Of a stretch of 64,000 nucleotides of DNA, positions 13,559-22,333 are shown one piece after another. The translations under genes and the position numbers were made by a program. Where the stretch lies: NCBI GenBank assembly GCA_964616045.1, contig CAZTTU010000002.1, forward strand, positions 6,392 to 70,391. The letters run 5' to 3'. The notes beneath the pieces were generated by a model, which was not told where the DNA came from, did not search any database, and was given only the letters and a program-made list of their open reading frames with translations. Within the stretch, counting starts at the first letter, position 1. Each line of letters begins with the position of its first letter. The stretch is from an uncultured Verrucomicrobiota bacterium. GTDB lineage: Bacteria; Verrucomicrobiota; Verrucomicrobiia; Limisphaerales; UBA1100.

Positions 13559-14797
13559 TTAAATCGTTTTTTGGTGTAGCCGAACATTTTGCAGCAGCCC
13601 CATTATCATTAATGAACAGATTACTGAGGAACCACCAGAGCTTAGTAGCGGCAAGGGTAAACCTGTTACGGGCATCAAGCGAATATTCATACCAATATTC
13701 ACAAAGACGTGACAAAACAACAGTGTTACCACTCCCATCGCCAATAATTTGCCGAGCCGATCCCGAGATCGTTTGGCTGTCCGGATGCCTGTCACGATAA
13801 TAGTGCCATAGAGCAAAATCACAAGCGTGCTTCCCACAAACCCGCTCTCTTCGGCAATAACTGAAAAAATAAAGTCATTATGCGCTACACCTCTTGGCAA
13901 AAACCCATATGTATTCTGAATACCTTGTTTCCATCCCTTTCCGGAGAGTCCGCCAGATCCGACGGAGATCATAGCTTGCTTTACGTTGTAGGTATCTTTT
14001 CGTTGCATGGTCCGTGCTTGGCGAATTTCGGTATCTGTGGCTCTTTGGCCAGCGTATTGTTTGGCGTAGTCGGCTCCAAAATATACCATTAGCCGGCGTT
14101 TTTGGTAATCGGGGAGCTGGATTGGCTTCCAATCATTCGGAACGAAAAAAACGTACGACAAGATTATGGCTGCATAAAGCGCAGTCCCGCCAATGAGCTT
14201 ATTGATAAAACTCTTCGGCGCGCCAGCCAAATACAACATGGCCAGTGCTGTGGGGGGAATCATTGATGAAGAGCCCAAGTCCGGCTCGAGCAGAATCAAC
14301 CCAAAAGGAAGGGCTGCGAGGCCCAGTCCTTTGAATAACACCGCAGATTCTCTCAATTCTCCACGCGGCCGGCTAAGAAATTGAGCCATCGCGACTACGA
14401 AAGCGACTTTTGCCATTTCCGAGGGCTGGAATTGAGTGAAGCCTAGGTCGAACCATCGGCGTGCACCATAACGTACCGACCCGATGCCGGGAATTAACAC
14501 CAGCACAAGTGACACCATGCTGACCCAGTAAAAAACATAAGACCATCGCGCGAGCAAGCTGTACTCTTTTAGGCAAATCATAAATGCGATGCCGATGCCC
14601 GTGCCGTAAAAGATTATCTGCTTGGTATGTGGCTGTCTCAACCATGATGTGGAAGCAAAGAGATCGTTGTTGTATGTGGCGCTGTAGACGAATAAGATGC
14701 CGAACGCCATTAATCCTCCCAGTGCTAAAAGCATCCAGCGATCCAGTCGGTGCCATGGAATAAGTTGGGACAAAAAGTTCATTTTAGTTGCGAGCAA
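13559..14797 (-). CDS. rodA: Rod shape-determining protein RodA (SEDS family peptidoglycan polymerase)
   Basis: 412-aa polytopic membrane protein with FtsW/RodA/SpoVE-type motifs (FQPSEMAKV, HNDFIFSVIAEE, PVTGLPLPLLSSGGSS). Located directly downstream of PBP2. Confidence 0.9.
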   Translation of the reverse strand: MLATKMNFLSQLIPWHRLDRWMLLALGGLMAFGILFVYSATYNNDLFASTSWLRQPHTKQIIFYGTGIGIAFMICLKEYSLLARWSYVFYWVSMVSLVLVLIPGIGSVRYGARRWFDLGFTQFQPSEMAKVAFVVAMAQFLSRPRGELRESAVLFKGLGLAALPFGLILLEPDLGSSSMIPPTALAMLYLAGAPKSFINKLIGGTALYAAIILSYVFFVPNDWKPIQLPDYQKRRLMVYFGADYAKQYAGQRATDTEIRQARTMQRKDTYNVKQAMISVGSGGLSGKGWKQGIQNTYGFLPRGVAHNDFIFSVIAEESGFVGSTLVILLYGTIIVTGIRTAKRSRDRLGKLLAMGVVTLLFCHVFVNIGMNIRLMPVTGLPLPLLSSGGSSVICSLMIMGLLQNVRLHQKTI

Positions 14798-16724
14798 AGC
14801 CGGGTTTTTTGTCGCGCTTAATCAGTGCTTCGTAGATTTTCTTGGCCGCGGGCGCGGCGGTTAGTCCGCCAGAAACACCACGTTCTACCATAACCACCAC
14901 CGCATAGCGTGGATTTTCAAAAGGTGCAAACGAGGCAAACCACGTGATATCATACCAACCTTCGTGAGGACTGTTCACTTCTGCCGTGCCGGTTTTGCCG
15001 CAAACTTCATAGCCCTCGATTCGTGCGCGCTTGCCCGTACCGTCATCGTCAGCAACATCCGCCCGCATGGCGTCTCTAATGATGGCTAGGTTTTCCGGTT
15101 TTACGGTGAGCTGTCCACGTTTCCTTCCTTCAGGAAATCGAAGAGCGTGGGCCGCCTCGTTCGGATCCGGAGATTCAATTCGGTTTATCAGACGCGGATG
15201 ATACACCGTGCCGCCATTGGCTACTGTGGCGACCATTAGTGCCATCTGTAGCGGGGTAACCGTAATGGGGCCTTGGCCAAATGAAATGTTGGCGGTGTCT
15301 CCATCACTCCATCCTTTCCTGACGAGGTGCATTGTTGGGAATTGCCCATCTGTTTCTTGGCTCGGCAACAAGTTTGTGCGCTGGCCCAAGAAAAATTGGT
15401 TCCCGATGCTGATGATAGGCTCAATGCCGCGTCCTTTCTCCAATGTGTGTTGGATGAAATAGGTATTGCTGGATTTTTTGAATGCCTTCTTAAAATTGTA
15501 TATGCCCGGCGCCGCGGTATCATTTATGCGTCGTCGGCCTACTCGATAGTAGCCGGGTGAATAAATTTGGTTAGTAGGGTTTAGGCCGTGTTCTAATAAT
15601 GCTAGGCCTGAAATAATCTTGAAGATGGATCCGGGCGGGTAGCGTTCCTGTGTGGCGCGGAAAATAAGCGGGCTTGGGCGGGACTCAAGATAACTGCTCC
15701 ATAGTTTATGACTAATGCCGGGAGTAAATTGGTTGGGGTCAAATACAGGTATTGAGGTCATTGCTATGATGTCACCATTATTTACATCGATCACAACCGC
15801 GGCGGCTCCTTTTCCACCTGTTTCTTTGAGTGCTTTTGCGGTGGATTCTTGAATTTCCAAGTCAAGTGTGAGAACCACGTTGCTGCCCGGCTGTGGGGGT
15901 GCGGGAATCGAATCAGATTGTCGATATCCGAGATTATTAACTAAAACGGAGCGGATGCCGGGTTGTCCGCGGAGGTAGCTGTCGAAGGTCTGCTCTAGGC
16001 CGAGGCTTCCCTCGTAATCAGGCAGGCGGTAATTGTAGCGGATTGATTCATCCTTGTCAAAATTGTCGCGTTTCAAATGGCCAATTATGTGGGCGACTGA
16101 AAGTGAAGGGTAATGGCGTTTTGGAGTCACCTCGAGCTCCATGCCAGGGACTTTCCAGTTGTTTTCCATGAATCGTGCAATGTTGGTGGAGGAGAGATCA
16201 TGAATTACCGGTAAGGGCAGGGCTCGTTGGTTGCGAAAATGGTGCTGCATTTTTTCCGGCGAGATGCGCATGGTCTGGTCAAGGCCGAGTTTGTCTGTGA
16301 AACGTTTCACTACACGATGGCGGATTCTGATCTCAAGGCGGATGCTCTCCTTGTCTGAAAGTTTGCCCTTTGGTTTATTGTTTTTCCACTCCTCTCGGAA
16401 ATAATGGCGAAGTTCTTCTAGATATGCGTTCACCACATATGTCGGGCGATCCTGTGCCAGCGGTCGGCCACTTTTGTCCAGAATGCTCCCGCGGACGGAT
16501 GGGATGCGCACCGTGCGCATGGATTGGGTTTCTTGATCTTTAACATAATTCAACGCAGTGACAACTTGCACGTACCATAATCCAACAAGCAGGATGCCCA
16601 TGCCCAGCAACAGTAGTCCGCCCACGACGTAGAGGCGGCGATCTTTTTCACGATTTCCCCCCGAGTTATTCATAGAACTTTGGGCTGCGAACAATTTTTG
16701 TAACCGCGTTGTATGGTGCATCAA
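14784..16724 (-). CDS. mrdA: Penicillin-binding protein 2 (elongasome transpeptidase)
   Basis: SxxK (GSIFK), SxN (SSNTY), KTGTAE, and an N-terminal TM segment. The more likely start is the ATG at 16673 (MNNSGGNREKDRR...), which overlaps the mreD stop by 8 nt. Confidence 0.9.
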   Translation of the reverse strand: MMHHTTRLQKLFAAQSSMNNSGGNREKDRRLYVVGGLLLLGMGILLVGLWYVQVVTALNYVKDQETQSMRTVRIPSVRGSILDKSGRPLAQDRPTYVVNAYLEELRHYFREEWKNNKPKGKLSDKESIRLEIRIRHRVVKRFTDKLGLDQTMRISPEKMQHHFRNQRALPLPVIHDLSSTNIARFMENNWKVPGMELEVTPKRHYPSLSVAHIIGHLKRDNFDKDESIRYNYRLPDYEGSLGLEQTFDSYLRGQPGIRSVLVNNLGYRQSDSIPAPPQPGSNVVLTLDLEIQESTAKALKETGGKGAAAVVIDVNNGDIIAMTSIPVFDPNQFTPGISHKLWSSYLESRPSPLIFRATQERYPPGSIFKIISGLALLEHGLNPTNQIYSPGYYRVGRRRINDTAAPGIYNFKKAFKKSSNTYFIQHTLEKGRGIEPIISIGNQFFLGQRTNLLPSQETDGQFPTMHLVRKGWSDGDTANISFGQGPITVTPLQMALMVATVANGGTVYHPRLINRIESPDPNEAAHALRFPEGRKRGQLTVKPENLAIIRDAMRADVADDDGTGKRARIEGYEVCGKTGTAEVNSPHEGWYDITWFASFAPFENPRYAVVVMVERGVSGGLTAAPAAKKIYEALIKRDKKPGFARN

Positions 16725-17223
16725 AAGGTTGTTCTTCCATGGTGTGATTCAGCCATTCGAGCCACGGAAAGAAGCCAAGAGCAAAGAGTCCATTGCCAAT
16801 AATTCCTACGGCCCATTGCCACAATGAATAGAGTTCAATCATCGGTTTATGGCCAGACAGTAAAAGCAGGCACAGTGATAGAACTGGCACGAAAGCGCCA
16901 GCAATGGCTCCGAGGGCAAATCTAGATCCAATATGGTGATGGGCGATGCTCTTGCTATTTAAGTGTGCCAACATGCCAAGCGCGAAGAGCGGCAGCATGC
17001 AAATGCCGAGAGGATCAGAGGAAAGCGAGCTTTGCCATAGCGAACCCATGATGGCCAGAGCGGTGATAGCCAGAATTGGAGCGCGAAGTGCAGTAACTAT
17101 CATCAGTGCGGGCAGGGGGTCAATTTGGGCACCTGTGAGGTTGCGGGGAATTTGGCAGGCAGTTTCGAGAAAGATCACTATCAGCGCAGTTAATAATATG
17201 GTGAATGTGAGAAATGCTTTCAT
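16666..17223 (-). CDS. mreD: Rod shape-determining protein MreD (probable)
   Basis: 185-aa multi-TM protein sitting between mreC and mrdA. The start overlaps the mreC stop (4 nt). Confidence 0.7.
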   Translation of the reverse strand: MKAFLTFTILLTALIVIFLETACQIPRNLTGAQIDPLPALMIVTALRAPILAITALAIMGSLWQSSLSSDPLGICMLPLFALGMLAHLNSKSIAHHHIGSRFALGAIAGAFVPVLSLCLLLLSGHKPMIELYSLWQWAVGIIGNGLFALGFFPWLEWLNHTMEEQPFDAPYNAVTKIVRSPKFYE

Positions 17224-18026
17224 TGCATTAGCACCCAGACTTCGTTGAGTTTAGATGGGTTGACGCTGAGCTTGACCTGAGCGGTGGTGGTGAGAGCCCC
17301 TATCGCTGGTTCCACCGCGAGGAGTTTGCCAACGAGAATCCCACGGGGGAAAATCTCCCCAAGGCCGCTAGTGAAAAGTGTGTCGCCCGGTCGCGCCTCA
17401 GTTGAGGCGGGGAGAAATAGCAGATCAACCATGGCTGGGTCAAAGACAGTTCCACCGCCGGCATTGAGGACACCGCTTTCTCCCGTGGCCTTTACAGTGA
17501 CGGAAATGCGACAGGCTGGGTCGCCCAGTAAGGCAACGCGCGAGCGGTGCGGATGTACCTCTTGTACGCGCCCCACGAGACCTTCGGTAGCCAAAACTGG
17601 CATGTCGATTTTAATTCCGTCCGTTGATCCTAAATCAATTAGGGCAGAGTGCCACCAGTTAGCCGGATCACGCCCCACAACACGAGTTAGTCGCGGGTTC
17701 CATTCGCGTTTAGGCACGAGTTTCAGTTGCTTTCGAAGGTTCTCATTTTCCAGAATCAGATTTTGATTTTGCGCAAGTCGCAGGTGGAGCACTTGGTTCG
17801 TTTGTTTAAGGTCTTGGAGTTCCTGTAGAAGAATTTTGCGCGGAGTACTGTTGTCGGTGATAAAATCACCAATTTGTTCAGTTCCTTTCTGGAGGGAGAA
17901 GAGGGGGATAAAAAAACTGCTGAAAATGCGCTTGAGGCGCGCCGTGCTATCCTGCGATAGGTTGAGGCAAATTACCGTGAGCAGGAGCACGAGAGTGCTT
18001 GCAATGGCGTTTGTTTGTTTATTCAT
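17220..18026 (-). CDS. mreC: Rod shape-determining protein MreC
   Basis: N-terminal TM segment, a coiled coil (LQELQDLKQTNQVLHLRLAQNQNLILENENLRKQL) and a C-terminal beta domain (GLVGRVQEV..., FTSGLGEIFPRGILVG). Positioned after mreB. Confidence 0.9.
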   Translation of the reverse strand: MNKQTNAIASTLVLLLTVICLNLSQDSTARLKRIFSSFFIPLFSLQKGTEQIGDFITDNSTPRKILLQELQDLKQTNQVLHLRLAQNQNLILENENLRKQLKLVPKREWNPRLTRVVGRDPANWWHSALIDLGSTDGIKIDMPVLATEGLVGRVQEVHPHRSRVALLGDPACRISVTVKATGESGVLNAGGGTVFDPAMVDLLFLPASTEARPGDTLFTSGLGEIFPRGILVGKLLAVEPAIGALTTTAQVKLSVNPSKLNEVWVLMQ

Positions 18027-18067
18027 TGTCCCGGTTTATTTCCGGGCAAACGTACGCGAAAGGAAAA

Positions 18068-19093
18068 TCATAACCCAGTACCGGCGGCGTTGCGCCAGTA
18101 GTCGATGTTTTGCAAAACCTGCCCAGTGCCGTTGGCCACAGAGATGAGAGGGTCGTCAGCAATGATGACGGGCAGTCCGGTTTCCTTAGCCACGAGGCGG
18201 TCGATGCCTCGCAGCAATGCGCCTCCGCCAGCCATAACAATGCCCCGGTCGACTAGGTCGCCCGCCAGCTCAGGTGGGGTTTGTTCGAGGATTTGCCGGA
18301 TGGAATCCTGGATGCTTTGCAGGGGGTCCCGCAGGGCTTCGCGAATTTCCTCGGAGCGAACTGTGACTGTATGGGGGAGGCCAGGGCCGATTGAGAGTCC
18401 GCGGACTTCCATGGGCATTTCCTCCTCCAAGGGAAAGGCGGATCCGATTTTGAGTTTAACTTCCTCGGCGGTACGTTCGCCGATAGCGAGATTGTGAGCA
18501 CGCTTCATGTATGCTGTGATAGCGTTGTCAAATTTATCGCCTCCCACACGGAGGCTGGTGCATTGTACAATGTTGGCCAGTGAGATGACTGCGATTTCGG
18601 CGGTGCCTCCCCCAATGTCCACCACCATATTTCCTGATGGCTCAGCTACGGGCAGGCCCGCTCCAATGGCCGCGGCGAGGGGTTGCTTGATGGGGTAGAA
18701 CTCACTGGCACCGGCATGCGACACGGAATCTTCCACCGCGCGGCGTTCCACCTCGGTGATGCCGGATGGCACGGCAACTACCACGCGGGGTTGAACGAGC
18801 TTGCGATGGTGAACTTTTTGAATGTAGTAGCGGAGCATGGCCTCAGTAATGTCAAAGTCCGCAATCACTCCATCCTTCATGGGGCGGATGGCCTCAATGT
18901 TTGGCGGGGTGCGGGCGAGCATGGCTTTGGCCTCAGAACCGACGGCTAATACGTTCTTGGTGCCTGCCTGGATAGCCACCACTGAAGGCTCACGCAGCAC
19001 GATGCCTTTATCTTTGAGGAAGACAAGCGAGTTCGCGGTGCCGAGATCGATGCCGATGTCGTTGGAAAATAGGCCTTTTATTCCATCAAACAT
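18068..19093 (-). CDS. mreB: Rod shape-determining actin homologue MreB
   Basis: IGIDLGTANS phosphate-1 motif, VVDIGGGTAEIAV and GIVMAGGGALLRG. 341 aa. Confidence 0.97.
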   Translation of the reverse strand: MFDGIKGLFSNDIGIDLGTANSLVFLKDKGIVLREPSVVAIQAGTKNVLAVGSEAKAMLARTPPNIEAIRPMKDGVIADFDITEAMLRYYIQKVHHRKLVQPRVVVAVPSGITEVERRAVEDSVSHAGASEFYPIKQPLAAAIGAGLPVAEPSGNMVVDIGGGTAEIAVISLANIVQCTSLRVGGDKFDNAITAYMKRAHNLAIGERTAEEVKLKIGSAFPLEEEMPMEVRGLSIGPGLPHTVTVRSEEIREALRDPLQSIQDSIRQILEQTPPELAGDLVDRGIVMAGGGALLRGIDRLVAKETGLPVIIADDPLISVANGTGQVLQNIDYWRNAAGTGL

Positions 19094-19196
19094 TTGAAGA
19101 ATATGAGTCTTTTAGCAGACATTGCTAAGGAGATAGCTTGCTTACAAGGAAAGGTTATTCAGGGTTCGCGGGTTTACTATCAAAAGCAGCTAAAAA

Positions 19197-19273
19197 TGGT
19201 GCCAGAGGAGGGACTTGAACCCGCGACCTAGGCCTTATGAAGACCCCGCTCTAACCAACTGAGCTACTCTGGC
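19197..19273 (-). tRNA. tRNA with anticodon CAU (elongator Met, or Ile2 if lysidine-modified); CCA encoded
   Basis: The reverse complement folds as a cloverleaf: acceptor GCCAGAG/CUCUGGC, D arm GCUC-AGUUGGUUA-GAGC, anticodon arm GGGUC-UUCAUAA-GGCCU, T arm GCGGG-UUCAAGU-CCCUC (one C:U mismatch), then ACCA. The G1:C72 pair argues against an initiator tRNA. Confidence 0.85.
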
Positions 19274-19406
19274 AACCCTCTGAACCGGATTATCTGTCCA
19301 AAAATGGTCGGACTGTCAATGGCTTTCGGGTTGTTTTGAGAACTTCATGTTATTCACACTTGCATCGGCGAGTGTGTTGCTCTACTTTTCCCGCCGCATA
19401 TTAATA

Positions 19407-19667
19407 ATGGATAGGAAAGCTAAGGCAGAGACGATTAAGGAATTTGGTGCGCATGACAGGGACACTGGTTCTGTGGACGTACAAATAGCGGTTTTGAGTC
19501 GCCGAATTAAGCATTTGGAAGGGCACCTCAAAACCAATAAAAAGGACAATCATTCCCGACGCGGCCTCACCAATATGGTGAGTCGGCGCAAGCGCTTTTT
19601 GCGCTATCTCCAAAGCAAGGGTGCCGATCGCGTTGTCGAGCTCAAAACACAGCTTGGCATTCGCTAA
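19407..19667 (+). CDS. rpsO: 30S ribosomal protein S15
   Basis: MDRKAKAETIKEFGAHDRDTGSVDVQIAVLSRRIKHLEGHLKTNKKDNHSRRGL... is collinear with S15 (86 aa). The ORF-track start at 19347 is an upstream extension. Confidence 0.95.
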   Translation: MDRKAKAETIKEFGAHDRDTGSVDVQIAVLSRRIKHLEGHLKTNKKDNHSRRGLTNMVSRRKRFLRYLQSKGADRVVELKTQLGIR

Positions 19668-19766
19668 AGTCATCCTTCACTTTCCTAGACCCAGTGAGCA
19701 CGCGACTACTGTGGTCATCAATTAACTGATCGCGATTAACCCGTTGCTGATGGCGGAGCAATTTCA

Positions 19767-19796
19767 TTCAGCCTCCTTGAGGGGGGGGTGACTGAA
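19767..19796 (+). promoter_or_regulatory. Possible structured element in the rpsO-pnp leader
   Basis: UUCA-GCCUCC (19767-19776) can pair with GGGGGU...UGAA (19784-19796) around a UUGAGGG loop, with a 3-nt bulge. It includes a G8 run (19781-19788) and lies about 30 nt upstream of the pnp ATG. Confidence 0.3.
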
Positions 19797-19824
19797 GTTT
19801 CTCAAGTCAGAAGCCAAAAGTAAA

Positions 19825-22290
19825 ATGACAGAAAAACAAGTAACAACCCAAGTGGGTGACAAAGAGATAACCATCGGCACTGGCCATATTACAAAGCAGG
19901 CTGATGGCACCGTAACAGTGCAAATGGGCGAGACCATCGTGATGACGGCGGTTGTCGCCGCCACCAAGGGCCGTGAGGGACAGGACTGGTTTCCACTGCA
20001 AGTGGATTACCGAGAACGTGCCTTTGCTTGCGGGCAAATTCCCGGAAACTATTTCCGCCGCGAAGGTCGCCCAAGTGACAAGGAAATCCTCACCTGCCGC
20101 CTCACGGACCGGCCGATTAGACCGCTCTTCAAAAAGGGCTGGTTCAATGAGTGCCAGGTGTATGGCCTGTTGCTCAGCGCCGATGGTGAGAATGAGCCGG
20201 ACGTTTTGAGCATCCTTGGTGCGTCTGCGGCGCTGATGGTCAGCGATATCCCGTGGGATGGTCCTCTGGGCGCTGTTCGTGTAGGGCGAGTGGATGGAAA
20301 ATTTGTGGCGAATCCAACTAACGATGAACAGGCGGAGAGTGACCTTGATCTCCTTTACGTTGGCAACGAGACCGATGTAGTGATGTACGAAGGTTCTGCT
20401 GATCAAATCACCGAGGCTGACTTTATTAAGGCTCTCAAGTTTGGTCAGGAATGCTGCGTGCCGCAAATCACCGCGCAAAAAGAACTTGCTGCCGAATGCG
20501 GCAAAGAGAAACGTGACATTAGCGATCAGCTTTTTGTGGTGCCCCCCGCCATTTTTGAAAAGGCGGAGACACTCGCTGGGGACGACATTGTTGATGCATT
20601 GCTGACTATCGCAAAGCTTGAGCGGGAAAACAAGGTGGGCGCAATCAAGGACAACGTTGCAGCTAAGCTTCGCGAAGAGTTTGGGGAAGAAGAGATTACT
20701 GACGCAGTTGTTGACCAGGCCTTCTACCATATTCAAAAGACTGTGCTACGTGGTCTCATTCTTGATAAAGGGCAGCGCCTGGATGGTCGCAAGGTTGACC
20801 AACTGCGTGAGGTTACTTGTGAGGTGGGCGTGTTGCCTCGGACACATGGTTCAGCGTTGTTCACTCGCGGAGAAACTCAAGCTTTGGTGACCACTACCCT
20901 CGGCACCACTGACGATGCACAGCGTTTTGATAGTTATACGGGTGGGGTGGATAGAAAGCAGTTTATACTCCACTACAACTTTCCGAATTACTCAGTTGGC
21001 GAAACAGGTCGAATTATGGGCCCTGGTCGTCGCGAGGTGGGTCATGGAGCGCTAGCGGAACGCTCGCTTCTGCCCATGTTGCCGATGGATGACAACTACC
21101 CCTATGCTGTGCGACAGGTCAGTGAGATCCTTGAGTCGAATGGTTCTAGTTCCATGGCTAGTGTTTGCGGTGGTAGTTTGTCTCTGATGGATGCGGGTGT
21201 GGAAATGAAAGGCACTTGCGCAGGCATCAGTATTGGTATTTGCACCAAGCTTGATGACAACGATAAAATTGACGACTACCGAATTCTTACCGATATCATG
21301 GGTTGGGAGGACGCCTTCTGTGATATGGATTGTAAAATCGCTGGCTCCAAGGAGGGTATCACGGGCTTCCAGCTCGATCTCAAGCTAAAGGGCCTGCCTA
21401 TGAACATCATGGAAGAGGCTATTGAGGCTGCCCGCAAATCTCGTCATGAAATTATTGATATCATGAATGAGACTATCAGCAAGCCTGGTGAGATGAGTCC
21501 TTATGCTCCGCGTATTACGCAGCTTAAGGTTGATCCTGAAAAGATTGGTATGATTATTGGGCCAGGTGGCAAGAACATTAAACGTATTGTTGAAGAGTCA
21601 GGTTGTGAGGTTAATATTGAGGATGATGGTACGGTAAATATTTACTCCCTTAATCCTGAAGGGATGAAGGTGGCAATTGAGGAAATTGAAGGCATGACCG
21701 CAGAGGCGGAAATCGGGAAAATCTATCACGGCACGGTTGTTACGATTAAGGACTTCGGCTGTTTTGTCGAGTTTCTGCCGGGCAAGGACGGCCTCTGCCA
21801 CATTAGTGAGCTCGCAAACACCCGTGTCAATCGTACCGAGGACGTGGTCAAGGAAGGTGATAGGATTCACGTGAAGTGCCTTGGCGTGGATGAGCGAGGC
21901 AAGGTGAAGCTCTCCCGTAAGGCTGCGATGTCAGAGATGGATGGTGAAATTGACGAGGTCAACGGAGATTCAGTTGACAGCACAACATCTCCTCGCGAAA
22001 AGCGAGAGGTCAGTGAGGAGGAGCCTGAGGAAGGTAAACTATACCATGGAACTGTTGTGACCATTAAGGACTTTGGCTGCTTTGTTGAGTTTCTTCCGGG
22101 TCGTGATGGTCTTTGTCACGTCAGCGAGTTGGCTACTTCCCGTGTTAAAAACGTTGAAGACATTGTCCAGACAGGCGATAAGATTTGGGTGAAGTGCTTG
22201 GGTGTCGACGACCGTGGCAAGGTGCGTCTTTCCCGGAAGGCAGCCATTGCTGACCGTGAGGCTGAGGAAAGCACCCCTGCCGAAGACTAG
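19825..22290 (+). CDS. pnp: Polyribonucleotide nucleotidyltransferase (PNPase) with two C-terminal S1 domains
   Basis: Two RNase PH-like halves ([28 protein letters not shown]; [15 protein letters not shown]; [15 protein letters not shown]), a KH domain ([15 protein letters not shown]), then two S1 copies. 821 aa. Confidence 0.95.
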   Translation: MTEKQVTTQVGDKEITIGTGHITKQADGTVTVQMGETIVMTAVVAATKGREGQDWFPLQVDYRERAFACGQIPGNYFRREGRPSDKEILTCRLTDRPIRPLFKKGWFNECQVYGLLLSADGENEPDVLSILGASAALMVSDIPWDGPLGAVRVGRVDGKFVANPTNDEQAESDLDLLYVGNETDVVMYEGSADQITEADFIKALKFGQECCVPQITAQKELAAECGKEKRDISDQLFVVPPAIFEKAETLAGDDIVDALLTIAKLERENKVGAIKDNVAAKLREEFGEEEITDAVVDQAFYHIQKTVLRGLILDKGQRLDGRKVDQLREVTCEVGVLPRTHGSALFTRGETQALVTTTLGTTDDAQRFDSYTGGVDRKQFILHYNFPNYSVGETGRIMGPGRREVGHGALAERSLLPMLPMDDNYPYAVRQVSEILESNGSSSMASVCGGSLSLMDAGVEMKGTCAGISIGICTKLDDNDKIDDYRILTDIMGWEDAFCDMDCKIAGSKEGITGFQLDLKLKGLPMNIMEEAIEAARKSRHEIIDIMNETISKPGEMSPYAPRITQLKVDPEKIGMIIGPGGKNIKRIVEESGCEVNIEDDGTVNIYSLNPEGMKVAIEEIEGMTAEAEIGKIYHGTVVTIKDFGCFVEFLPGKDGLCHISELANTRVNRTEDVVKEGDRIHVKCLGVDERGKVKLSRKAAMSEMDGEIDEVNGDSVDSTTSPREKREVSEEEPEEGKLYHGTVVTIKDFGCFVEFLPGRDGLCHVSELATSRVKNVEDIVQTGDKIWVKCLGVDDRGKVRLSRKAAIADREAEESTPAED
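21715..22246 (+). repeat. In-frame tandem duplication of the PNPase S1 domain (copy 1 at 21715-21928, copy 2 at 22033-22246)
   Basis: [71 protein letters not shown] versus [71 protein letters not shown]. By hand alignment 56 of 71 residues are identical. The copies are separated by an acidic linker. Confidence 0.9.
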
Positions 22291-22333
22291 TCTCTCGTCT
22301 TGAAAACGTAGGTTGATTGAGTAAAATCCCGCT

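Noticed and set aside
19807-20736. A 309-aa minus-strand ORF antisense to pnp
   Set aside because: It is a shadow ORF opposite a highly conserved gene, with no recognisable motifs.
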